In this document: positions 1 to 7,887 of the stretch, one piece after another | Numbering within the stretch: the stretch's first letter is position 1 | Layout: each line of letters begins with the position of its first letter | Position numbers and translations under genes: made by a program | The notes under the pieces: generated by a model | What the model saw: only the letters and a program-made list of their open reading frames with translations | The model's database searches: none | Told to the model about the DNA's origin: nothing | Virus record (IMG/VR): IMGVR_UViG_3300035187_000563 | DNA length: 30,541 bases | DNA from: a virus | Direction: 5' to 3' (one strand)

Positions 1-127
1 TCAGTAAGCAAATCAGCGAATTGGAAGCCAAATTTGAAGCCCGTTTGAGTGCATTGGAAGCCGAAAAGGTTGCATTGTCTGCACAGAACGAGGAACTATT
101 GGAAAAATTGGCCACCGAACCCGCCCC
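1..127. repeat. Terminal direct repeat, copy 1. It is identical to 30415..30541 and represents the circular-closure overlap.
   Basis: Base-by-base comparison shows 1..127 equals 30415..30541 exactly. The reading frame is preserved across the join, because the offset of 30414 is divisible by 3. Confidence 0.95.
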
Positions 128-242
128 TCACACACCATTCAATCCCGAAGCCAACACCAAAGAATCTAATTTGATTTTCAAATTGGGTGCCAAGCGTGAA
201 GAAACTTTGAAGGACAGAGTATTTAATCAACTATTCAACTAA
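1..242 (+). CDS. Scaffolding-like protein, 3' portion. It is the continuation of 30015..30541 across the circular junction.
   Basis: The frame is open from base 1 and in phase with the ORF that runs off the window end. The product is a coiled-coil sequence (EAKFEARLSALEAEKVALSAQNEELLEKL). The gene sits between the prohead protease and the capsid gene. The joined ORF is 213 aa. Confidence 0.65.
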   Translation, partial: SKQISELEAKFEARLSALEAEKVALSAQNEELLEKLATEPAPHTPFNPEANTKESNLIFKLGAKREETLKDRVFNQLFN

Positions 243-251
243 CCACAAAAA

Positions 252-1193
252 ATGAAAAATAATCTTATCAAAACCCATTTGAGTGGCCCAACAGTATCGC
301 CAAACACCTACGCGGGTTTATTTGGTAACAAATACATTGCGGCTGCTCTGTTGTCAGGCGAAACCTTGGCAAAAGAACTTATCACATTGCACCCCAATGT
401 GGCTTTCAAAGAAGTTATCCGTAACTACCAAGATTCAATCAGCATCGCCGATGCAACTTGTGATTTCACAGATTCAAGTTCAGTAACATTGGGCGAATAT
501 GTGTTGACCACAACCGAAAAGCAAGTGAATTTGCAGTTGTGCAAAAACCAATTGCGTACCACATGGGAATCAGCACAAGCGGGTTTCAGCGCATTTGAGA
601 AACTTCCCGCAACTTTTGAAGAATTCATGTTGGCCCAAACCGCTGCCGAGGTAGCACAAGCAAACGAATTGGGTATTTGGAAATCAAACCTTTGGTATGA
701 TTCCGCCATCGTTGCTGGTCAAGATGGTATGGTAGGTTATTTGATTGATAACTCTGCAATCGTACGCCCATTCTCGGGTGCAACAAGTGGATCGAATGTT
801 GTTGCTCGTTTGCAAGAAGCATTGGATTACTCACCCGCTGCATTGTATGGCAAAGAAGGTTACCAATACTATGTTGGCCCCGCCACAATGAAAGCATACC
901 AAGCCGCGTTGTCTGCTGGTAACTACAACTTCCAATTCTATGTTGGTGAAAAGCCAATGAACTTCCAAGGTATCCCCGTTACAATGTGTCCTGGTCTTAA
1001 CGACTACGATTGCGTATTGGGTATGAAGAGCGATTTGCACTTTGGAACTGGTTTGTTGAGCGACTACAACGAAGTGAAGGTTATCGACATGAGCGATATC
1101 GATGGTTCACAGAATGTTCGTGTAATCATGCGTTTCACAGGTGGTATCATTGCTACCAACCCAACTCAACAAGTTGTAATTAATGTAACCTAA
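252..1193 (+). CDS. Major capsid protein (probably HK97-fold)
   Basis: A 313-aa ORF lies directly downstream of the protease and scaffold genes. It is followed by the strongest intrinsic terminator in the window. The assignment rests on synteny and size, not on a search. Confidence 0.7.
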   Translation: MKNNLIKTHLSGPTVSPNTYAGLFGNKYIAAALLSGETLAKELITLHPNVAFKEVIRNYQDSISIADATCDFTDSSSVTLGEYVLTTTEKQVNLQLCKNQLRTTWESAQAGFSAFEKLPATFEEFMLAQTAAEVAQANELGIWKSNLWYDSAIVAGQDGMVGYLIDNSAIVRPFSGATSGSNVVARLQEALDYSPAALYGKEGYQYYVGPATMKAYQAALSAGNYNFQFYVGEKPMNFQGIPVTMCPGLNDYDCVLGMKSDLHFGTGLLSDYNEVKVIDMSDIDGSQNVRVIMRFTGGIIATNPTQQVVINVT

Positions 1194-1216
1194 TTTGAGG
1201 TAAAACATAAAATAAC

Positions 1217-1247
1217 GGGGTGGGCCTAACACCCACCCCTTTTTTTT
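1217..1247 (+). terminator. Rho-independent terminator after the capsid gene
   Basis: GGGGTGGG (1217-1224) pairs perfectly with CCCACCCC (1232-1239) around a 7-nt loop. A run of 8 T follows at 1240-1247. Confidence 0.85.
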
Positions 1248-1268
1248 AACCAAATAATATATAAAAAA

Positions 1269-1838
1269 ATGCCAAGTTGTGGAACATTATTAGGAAGATA
1301 CGAACCATGTAAACAATTCGTTGGTGGTTTGAAAGGTGCGTTTTTCGTACCATTTGAATTTGCAAACGCCATTACAACCGATGGTTCTGGTTTGGTTACC
1401 CAAATCAACAATGGTGCAACCCCACCCGTAAAATCAACGGGTTACTTTTGGGAGTTGAAAGGTTTGTCTACATTGGAAACCGCCGTGATTGCTTCGCGTG
1501 ATAACGGAACATCAGCGTATGAAACAACCTTTACTTTGTCATTCAAACCAAGCGGGAAAACCCCCGTAACGGGTGATTCGGACATGGATCAATTGAAAGT
1601 TTTAACCCAGGGAAGATGGCAAATCATCGTTTGGGATAGAAACGACCAATTTTGGTTGATTGGTGCAACCCTTGGTTGTGATGCCAATGGTGGTTCAAGT
1701 GCATGGGGCGTACAAATGGGCGATGCTCGTTTGAATACTTTGACTTTTATGTCAAGCGAACCAAACCCCCCAATGGCAGTTGATGCCGATACTTATGCTG
1801 AATTGGGTAGCGTTATTACCATTCAAACCGCGGCTTAA
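1269..1838 (+). CDS. Putative major tail (tube) protein, or another abundant virion protein
   Basis: The ORF is 189 aa. The patterns CKQFVGGLKGAFFVP, SAYETTFTLSF and WQIIVWDRNDQFWLIGATLGCD resemble siphovirus tube proteins of Bacteroidota phages as I recall them. The gene is bracketed by two terminators, which suggests high expression. Confidence 0.45.
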   Translation: MPSCGTLLGRYEPCKQFVGGLKGAFFVPFEFANAITTDGSGLVTQINNGATPPVKSTGYFWELKGLSTLETAVIASRDNGTSAYETTFTLSFKPSGKTPVTGDSDMDQLKVLTQGRWQIIVWDRNDQFWLIGATLGCDANGGSSAWGVQMGDARLNTLTFMSSEPNPPMAVDADTYAELGSVITIQTAA

Positions 1839-1865
1839 TTTAGATTGGATTTATAGTTATGTAAG

Positions 1866-1890
1866 CCCTCACCAATCGGTGGGGGTTTTT
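1866..1890 (+). terminator. Rho-independent terminator
   Basis: CCCTCACC (1866-1873) pairs with GGTGGGGG (1878-1885), including one G-U wobble, around a 4-nt loop. TTTTT follows. Confidence 0.75.
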
Positions 1891-1927
1891 CATTTGTAAC
1901 AAAAACGATTAATGGCGTTTTGTAGGT

Positions 1928-2275
1928 ATGCACATCAACGGAACATCCACCAACATCACATTCACACCATTTGTGGATTTTGAGGGTGTAGCGACTGCAA
2001 AAATTGAGGTGTGGCACAAACCCACCAAAACAATGGTACAAGTGACCACGGCGTGTGTAAAGTCCTATTCATTCATCACCATGGCGTTGCCTACATTGAC
2101 ATCAATCAATGCGGTGGCAAAGAACACCGATGAATTGTTGTTTCGGGTTTACAATGGCAATGTATTGATGTGGGAGGTATTGGGATATTGGATTACGGGA
2201 ACAACAAACATTTACAACACTTGGAAGCAATTTACAACAACCGCCCCAGGTACACCTAATTGGAAAACATTATGA
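1928..2275 (+). CDS. Hypothetical protein (115 aa)
   Basis: The ORF is in the operon orientation. Its TGA overlaps a possible portal start (ATGA at 2272). Its C-terminus carries a TWKQFTT motif shared with two other virion ORFs. Confidence 0.5.
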   Translation: MHINGTSTNITFTPFVDFEGVATAKIEVWHKPTKTMVQVTTACVKSYSFITMALPTLTSINAVAKNTDELLFRVYNGNVLMWEVLGYWITGTTNIYNTWKQFTTTAPGTPNWKTL

Positions 2276-4488
2276 GTTTAGAATTTATACAACTTCAATC
2301 ATACACCGCACCATCCATCATTGAGCAAAAGAACAAAGATTGGGTGCAATACGGCGATGATAACAATTATTATCAGTATTTGATTGATTTGTACCATTCA
2401 TCACCAACCAACAACGCTTGTATCAAAGGCACAGTTGACCAAATTTTTGGTAAGGGGTTGGAAGTAACCAAGGCATCACGGGATTTGGCGGGATACATTG
2501 AATTCAAAAAGATGTTTTCCAACGATTGCATCCGTGCCATTGCCATGGATTTGAAAATGTTGGGCCAAGCATCGTTCCAATTGGTGAAGTCAAAGGATCG
2601 CAAAAAGTATGTACAAGCCAAACACTTTCCACAACAAACCCTTCGCCCCGCAAAGTGCAACGAAAAGGGTGAAATTGAAAAGTATTATTATTGCCCCGAT
2701 TGGGCGAATTTGAAGCGTGGCCATACGCCAATTGAGTTTAGGGCATTTGGTTACGACCAAAACGCAAACGAATGTATCCTTACAATCAAACCATATTCAA
2801 CGGGTTCTTTTTACTTCGCACCCGTGGATTACCAAGGAGGTACGCAATATGCCAACTTGGAAGCGGAGATTTCCAATTTCCACATCAACAACATCATGAA
2901 TGGTTTGGCACCTTCAATGTTGATAAACTTCAACAATGGGCAACCACCCGCAGAGGTAAAAGATACAGTTGAAGCCCAAATCAAACAAAAGTTTGGTGGT
3001 TCATCCAATGCAGGTCGGTTTATTATTTCATGGAACGATGGTCAAGATTCCAAAGCGGATATCACACCCGTTCAATTGAGTGATGCCCACAACCAATATC
3101 AATTTTTGAGTGGTGAAGCCATGCAAAAAATCATGGTATCGCACCGAGTTGTTTCACCGATGTTGTTAGGTATTAAAGACAATTCGGGATTTGGTAACAA
3201 TGCCGAGGAAATGAAAACCGCATCAATCTTGTTTGATAATGTTGTGGTACGACCATTCCAACGATTGATTATTGATGCAGTAACCCAGGTATTGAACTTC
3301 AATGGGTACAATTTGAATCTTTATTTCAAAACCTTACAACCCCTTGAATTCACCGATTTGAGTGGCAACATCATTGATGATGAAACCCGTGAAGAAGAAA
3401 CGGGCGTATCATTGTCATCCGAAAAAAAAAAGATTGAATTGGTAAAGCCCAATGCGGGTGAATCCAAAGATGATTTTTTAGGGCGTTGCATTCCGATTGT
3501 AGTTCGTGAGGGCAAAGACACCGACCAAGCCACGGCAATTTGTTATTCTTATTTTGAAGGTAAAACGGAATTAGCCAGTTACACTGATTATCCCGATGGG
3601 GCGGTGAGCAATGCCAAGAAAGCATTGGAATGGGCTGAAAAGAATGGTTGGGGAGATTGTGGCACACCCGTTGGGAAAGCCCGTGCAAACCAATTGGCAA
3701 ATCGTGAACCCATTTCCCGTGATACCATTGCAAGGATGGCAGCGTTTCGCAGACATCAAGAAAACAAAGACACCCCATATTCGGAAGGATGTGGCGGGTT
3801 GATGTGGGATGCATGGGGCGGTGATGCGGGGATCCGATGGGCTGAAAGCAAATTAAAAGAAATTGATTTGGCCAAGGATATGACCATCGAGGATGAAAAT
3901 TCGTGGTTGGAACATTTGAAAGGCAAGGGCGAAACAATTAACACGGATGAGTGGGAACTTATTGATGTTACGGAAGTTACCGATGCCGATGAAGAATTAA
4001 AATTTAACCTTGCGTATGAAAACCCCAATAAAAAAAGTGATGACGATAAAGGGGTGTACAAAATCCGTTATCGGTACGGCCCTAATTTCGTATCCAACAA
4101 TTCAAGGCAGTTTTGTACTGCAATGGTTCAAGAATCCAAAGGGGGAGTAATTTATCGCCGTGAAGATATTATTGCCATGGGCGATGCGGGTGTCAACGGA
4201 CAATTCGCACCACAAGGGGAATCCACTTATTCAATTTGGAAATACAAAGGCGGTGTTAATTGCCACCACCGATGGGAACGATTGACATTCAAACGCAAAC
4301 AAGTCAAAGGAAAGTTTTTACCAAAACAACCCGATGAAACGGGTGATAATAGAAACTTGGAAAACTACAAAGAGGTTTCAAACAAATCAGCAAACGCGGC
4401 GGGTGTACCATTTTCACCAAGCGGGTGGGATACCGCCAAAACAAGGCCCATTGATATGCCAAACAAAGGATCATTAAAGAACAAATAA
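2260..4488 (+). CDS. Portal protein fused to a MuF/SPP1-gp7-like minor head protein domain
   Basis: The ORF is 742 aa. The N-terminal ~370 aa (WVQYGDDNNYYQYLIDLYHSSPTNNACIKG...) look like a portal protein. The C-terminus has FCTAM...YRREDI...YKGGVNCHHRW, matching the MuF-type C-terminal motif. The alternative start at 2272 forms an ATGA overlap with the upstream gene. Confidence 0.65.
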   Translation: MENIMSLEFIQLQSYTAPSIIEQKNKDWVQYGDDNNYYQYLIDLYHSSPTNNACIKGTVDQIFGKGLEVTKASRDLAGYIEFKKMFSNDCIRAIAMDLKMLGQASFQLVKSKDRKKYVQAKHFPQQTLRPAKCNEKGEIEKYYYCPDWANLKRGHTPIEFRAFGYDQNANECILTIKPYSTGSFYFAPVDYQGGTQYANLEAEISNFHINNIMNGLAPSMLINFNNGQPPAEVKDTVEAQIKQKFGGSSNAGRFIISWNDGQDSKADITPVQLSDAHNQYQFLSGEAMQKIMVSHRVVSPMLLGIKDNSGFGNNAEEMKTASILFDNVVVRPFQRLIIDAVTQVLNFNGYNLNLYFKTLQPLEFTDLSGNIIDDETREEETGVSLSSEKKKIELVKPNAGESKDDFLGRCIPIVVREGKDTDQATAICYSYFEGKTELASYTDYPDGAVSNAKKALEWAEKNGWGDCGTPVGKARANQLANREPISRDTIARMAAFRRHQENKDTPYSEGCGGLMWDAWGGDAGIRWAESKLKEIDLAKDMTIEDENSWLEHLKGKGETINTDEWELIDVTEVTDADEELKFNLAYENPNKKSDDDKGVYKIRYRYGPNFVSNNSRQFCTAMVQESKGGVIYRREDIIAMGDAGVNGQFAPQGESTYSIWKYKGGVNCHHRWERLTFKRKQVKGKFLPKQPDETGDNRNLENYKEVSNKSANAAGVPFSPSGWDTAKTRPIDMPNKGSLKNK

Positions 4489-4489
4489 G

Positions 4490-5002
4490 ATGTACGCAAA
4501 CGATGATATTCTATTAATCGACAAAGAGTTGATTTTTAAGTATACCCAATTGGGTGGTAATGTGGATGTAGACAAAATCTACCCATTCGTGAAAATCGCC
4601 CAAGATATTCAAGTTCAAGAATTGTTGGGAACAAAATTGTATCGCTACATTTTAACCCAGGTGGAAGCGGGTACATTGACGGGCAATTACCAAACTTTGG
4701 TTTCACACTATGTACAACCGATGTTGATTCATTATGCCATGGCCGATTTGTTATTGTTTCATGGTTATGAGGTAACCAATGCGGGTATATTGCGTAACTC
4801 ACCCGAAAACACCACATTGCCCGATAAAAGCGAATTGGATTCATTGGTTCAACGCCAAAGAAACATCGCCGAAACTTATCGCCGTAGGGTTGTGGATTAT
4901 TTGAGTTACTACCCACAATTATTTTCACAGTATACCGAAAACCAAGAAGCGGGGGAATACCCAAACACGAACCCATCCAACTATGTTTCATGGAATTTGT
5001 AA
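4490..5002 (+). CDS. Putative head-tail adaptor / head completion protein
   Basis: A 170-aa helical protein lies immediately after the portal gene. The pattern (VDKIYPFVKIAQDIQVQELLGTKLY...YVQPMLIHYAM) recalls gp6-like connector families. No search was run. Confidence 0.4.
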   Translation: MYANDDILLIDKELIFKYTQLGGNVDVDKIYPFVKIAQDIQVQELLGTKLYRYILTQVEAGTLTGNYQTLVSHYVQPMLIHYAMADLLLFHGYEVTNAGILRNSPENTTLPDKSELDSLVQRQRNIAETYRRRVVDYLSYYPQLFSQYTENQEAGEYPNTNPSNYVSWNL

Positions 5003-5499
5003 AAAAGACATACAAGCCCAAGGATGAAAAGGTTAAGAAATTGACCAAATACTTCACGGAATTGAAAATCGTGAAACCCGCCAATTGTGATTTGTTTACC
5101 AAGGCGACTATCATATTGGTGATGTTGACGGGGTGTTCTGCGCAGTATCATTTGAAACAAGCCATCAAGAAATGCCCAGAGATGGCACAAATAAGTGTGT
5201 ATGGCATTGATACCATCTTTGTACGCGATTCCGTGACCATTACAGACACTTTCAACACAAAAACGATTGATACCCTCACAATTGAAAAAGATGGCGTAAA
5301 AACGATTGTATACCGCAATCACGATGTAATAAGAATTAAGACAGTTGTAAAGGCCGACACCATCCGATTCACCAAGACAATCACATTACCACCACAAATC
5401 CAATACAAAGAACGAATCAGTTTGCCCCAAATGGTGGGTGTTGGTTTGGGATTGATATTGGCATTGTTATTTTTGATACTTTTAATTACAAGAAAATGA
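4990..5499 (+). CDS. Lipoprotein with a C-terminal transmembrane anchor (unimolecular-spanin-like architecture)
   Basis: It has a lipobox (LVMLTG|C), a strand-rich middle region, and a C-terminal TMD (MVGVGLGLILALLFLILLI) followed by TRK. The start is uncertain. GTG at 5071 or TTG at 5092 would give a canonical short signal peptide (MFTKATIILVMLTGC). Confidence 0.55.
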   Translation: MEFVKKTYKPKDEKVKKLTKYFTELKIVKPANCDLFTKATIILVMLTGCSAQYHLKQAIKKCPEMAQISVYGIDTIFVRDSVTITDTFNTKTIDTLTIEKDGVKTIVYRNHDVIRIKTVVKADTIRFTKTITLPPQIQYKERISLPQMVGVGLGLILALLFLILLITRK

Positions 5500-5684
5500 G
5501 CAATTGGAACAACCCCAACAACCCGAACAATACGCAAAACGGATGGAAAACACCATCACGGAGTTCACCACAAGGCGGTGGAACAAGGGCGTGTTTATGC
5601 AAAGACAAAAACACCTATTCAAAAAAGTGTTGCGATGGCACATTGTGGGCGCAAGGTGTGGGCAATGTATCGCGTAACCCCTAA
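5496..5684 (+). CDS. Small Asn/Pro- and Cys-rich hypothetical protein (62 aa)
   Basis: Its start forms an ATGA overlap with the upstream stop. It is in the operon orientation. It contains a CLC...CC cysteine pattern. Confidence 0.45.
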   Translation: MSNWNNPNNPNNTQNGWKTPSRSSPQGGGTRACLCKDKNTYSKKCCDGTLWAQGVGNVSRNP

Positions 5685-5712
5685 CAAAAAACATTAAAAT
5701 CGTTTTATCAAT

Positions 5713-5985
5713 ATGAGCATTTCAGCATCAGCATTTTCGGCGGGATACACGGGGTGTACAGTCGTTTCAAATACAAGCGCAAAAACGGGGCAATTCCGTG
5801 GTTTTGTGGTAAATTTTGATTGTGTAGTTTCGGCTTGTTTGGATAAGGATGGCAATTCATTGATGACATCGTTGGGATTAACGAGCAACACAATCAACCA
5901 AGGTGCATTTATTTGTGTAGCCGATGGCGATTGGATTAGTTCAATCACTTTGGCAAGCGGATCAATTATCCTTTATACAATCTAA
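5713..5985 (+). CDS. Hypothetical protein (90 aa)
   Basis: The + strand ORF is preferred over the antisense ORF 5694..5948 because every supported gene is on the + strand. Confidence 0.45.
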   Translation: MSISASAFSAGYTGCTVVSNTSAKTGQFRGFVVNFDCVVSACLDKDGNSLMTSLGLTSNTINQGAFICVADGDWISSITLASGSIILYTI

Positions 5986-5987
5986 TT

Positions 5988-6116
5988 ATGTGGGTTGGTA
6001 TTGGCGTAGGCGTAGGCCGACAGAGATTCGCACAATCATCACCTGATTTTGCAAATCAACAATGGCAACTTATTGTAGAACAATGGCAATCAATTAACGA
6101 ACTTTGGAATTCATAA
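5988..6116 (+). CDS. Candidate micro-ORF (42 aa, MWVGIGVGVGRQRF...QWQLIVEQWQSINELWNS)
   Basis: I translated it by hand and it falls below the ORF-track size cutoff. It exactly fills the gap between 5985 and the tail-fibre start at 6121. It carries a heptad Trp motif. Confidence 0.35.
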   Translation: MWVGIGVGVGRQRFAQSSPDFANQQWQLIVEQWQSINELWNS

Positions 6117-6120
6117 AACT

Positions 6121-7215
6121 ATGGGAACTTCTTTAACGGGCTTAACACCCGCAACAACTTACGATGCCTTGATTAAGGTAGGCGATAATGGTGCATTAAG
6201 TGCAACGGCAAAAGTATTGAGTGATGGATTAGGCAATGATTCACCACTTGCAATGTCTACAACTTTGGTAGGTATCTCAACAAATGCACCTTCTTACCCT
6301 TTGGGAATTGTTGGTGACACGGGACTTGAAGGCAACGAAAACTATTTGTACTTTCACTCAAGTGCAAACGTAGGAAGCAATGCTCGTGCGAGAATCCGTG
6401 CCGTTGGCGCTGGTGGAGGTTCGGGCTTTGGAGGTGATTTGCGTATTGATACAAGAGCGCAAAATAACGTATGGAATACTAACGTTCTTACTGTTGCTAA
6501 CGATGGAAATGTAGGTATAGGAACGACTACGCCTATCTCTAAATTAGAAGTATCTGCAGGAACTACAATTTACCCTATTAACATTACGAGTTCATCGGGT
6601 GCTGCTACAACTACGGGTATTTCAATGGGTAGTTTTACAGGTCTTGGAGGTGGTGCAAATGGTTCTGTTTACATCGCTTCTGCACATAACCACGCTGCTA
6701 CTGCTCAATCTGATATGGTATTTTATACCCATACGGGAAGTGCATTGACCGAAAAAGGTCGTTTCCTTGCAAGTGGTGGCCTAACCTTCAACGGCGATAC
6801 ATCAGCATCAAACGCTTTGGATGATTATGAGGAGGGGACTTGGACTATGGGGGTTGCGTTTGGTGGTGGAACTACGGGTATAACTTATTCAACCAATACG
6901 GGAACATATACCAAGATAGGAAGGCAAGTAACGGTTAATGGTTATCTTGAACTTACAAGCAAAGGAAGTTCTGGGGGCGCTGCAACTATTACGGGGTTGC
7001 CTTTTACTATTCCTAATTTAAATCAAAATTATTCAGCGGTGAGTTTGTGGTTTAATGCTATTACTTTTGCCAACCAATTTATTGCAAATGGCACTATTAA
7101 CACTACTACCATATCTTTACAAGAATCAACTATATTGGGTGTAAATAGTACAATAACAGACGCTGACTTTGCTAACAATAGCGGAATAATCGTTAACTTC
7201 ACCTACTTCGTATAA
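6121..7215 (+). CDS. Tail fibre / receptor-binding protein
   Basis: The ORF is 364 aa, Gly/Thr/Ser/Asn-rich. It has the motif GNVGIGTTTPISKLEV and the C-terminal LDDYEEGTWT...YTKIGRQVTV pattern typical of Bacteroidota phage fibres. Confidence 0.7.
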   Translation: MGTSLTGLTPATTYDALIKVGDNGALSATAKVLSDGLGNDSPLAMSTTLVGISTNAPSYPLGIVGDTGLEGNENYLYFHSSANVGSNARARIRAVGAGGGSGFGGDLRIDTRAQNNVWNTNVLTVANDGNVGIGTTTPISKLEVSAGTTIYPINITSSSGAATTTGISMGSFTGLGGGANGSVYIASAHNHAATAQSDMVFYTHTGSALTEKGRFLASGGLTFNGDTSASNALDDYEEGTWTMGVAFGGGTTGITYSTNTGTYTKIGRQVTVNGYLELTSKGSSGGAATITGLPFTIPNLNQNYSAVSLWFNAITFANQFIANGTINTTTISLQESTILGVNSTITDADFANNSGIIVNFTYFV

Positions 7216-7232
7216 CACAAAAAATAAAAATC

Positions 7233-7493
7233 ATGATAGAAGAAATAATTTACATCAGCGGTTTCAATGTAAACGCTAATGGCTCGATTGAAGTTCGTAA
7301 AACTACGGATGTTGTAAAAGATGGCGTTGTTATCGCTTCGTCTTATTGGCGTGGTGTGTTAGCAGTAAACGACCCAACTGCGGATGAGGTATTAGGAGTT
7401 GACACTTACTATGCTAACATCGCAACTTACACTTGGAGCATTGCACCCGTTCCAGTTGAAGAACCCGTTTCGGAAGCAACAGAAGAAGCATAA
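7233..7493 (+). CDS. Hypothetical protein (86 aa), a possible fibre-associated or chaperone protein
   Basis: It lies directly downstream of the fibre gene. It shares the distal fibre's atypical codon usage (GCT/ACT/TTA). Confidence 0.45.
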   Translation: MIEEIIYISGFNVNANGSIEVRKTTDVVKDGVVIASSYWRGVLAVNDPTADEVLGVDTYYANIATYTWSIAPVPVEEPVSEATEEA

Positions 7494-7615
7494 TGGAACA
7501 TTTGCAACAACGACTAGAGCAATTAAAACAGCAAGAAGCCTCTTTGTTGATGCAACTTGATGAAATCAAGGTTCTTATCAATGCGTATGAAAATACATTG
7601 AAGGAAAAGGAATAA
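7493..7615 (+). CDS. Candidate micro-ORF (40 aa coiled-coil, MEHLQQRLEQLKQQEASLL...)
   Basis: Hand translation. It has TAATG overlaps at both ends (7491-7495 and 7613-7617), so it links two flanking genes with no gap. Confidence 0.4.
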   Translation: MEHLQQRLEQLKQQEASLLMQLDEIKVLINAYENTLKEKE

Positions 7616-7887
7616 TGGCTACGCCCAAGAATGCTTTGCCCGTCAATTTTGACCAATTTCGTAAGAACCCAGTTGCTGCCGTTGCTTTTTGTATGCTGTT
7701 GGCTGTGGGGTATCTTTATATTGATTTGCGTTCGGGGTACAAAGAACAAATTGAAAAGGCCAATGCAAAGATTGAGGCGTTGGATATCAAGATTGACAAA
7801 TTGAGTTACGCCCTTAAAAAGTCGGATTCGTGTTTGGCAAGTGCCATGACCGAGATCCGTATAATGCAAACGATGAAAAAACTATGA
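7615..7887 (+). CDS. N-terminally membrane-anchored coiled-coil protein (i-spanin-like or holin-like)
   Basis: The ORF is 90 aa. One TMD (VAAVAFCMLLAVGYLYI) is followed by a coiled coil (EQIEKANAKIEALDIKIDKL). It lies in the lysis region. Confidence 0.5.
   Translation: MATPKNALPVNFDQFRKNPVAAVAFCMLLAVGYLYIDLRSGYKEQIEKANAKIEALDIKIDKLSYALKKSDSCLASAMTEIRIMQTMKKL

Noticed and set aside
1-127. The 127-bp terminal repeat interpreted as a physical direct terminal repeat (DTR) of the virion DNA.
   Set aside because: The length equals a common assembler maximum k-mer. The repeat falls in the middle of a coding sequence, with no terminase-site features nearby. An assembly overlap on a circular or permuted genome is the simpler explanation. 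This needs read-level confirmation.
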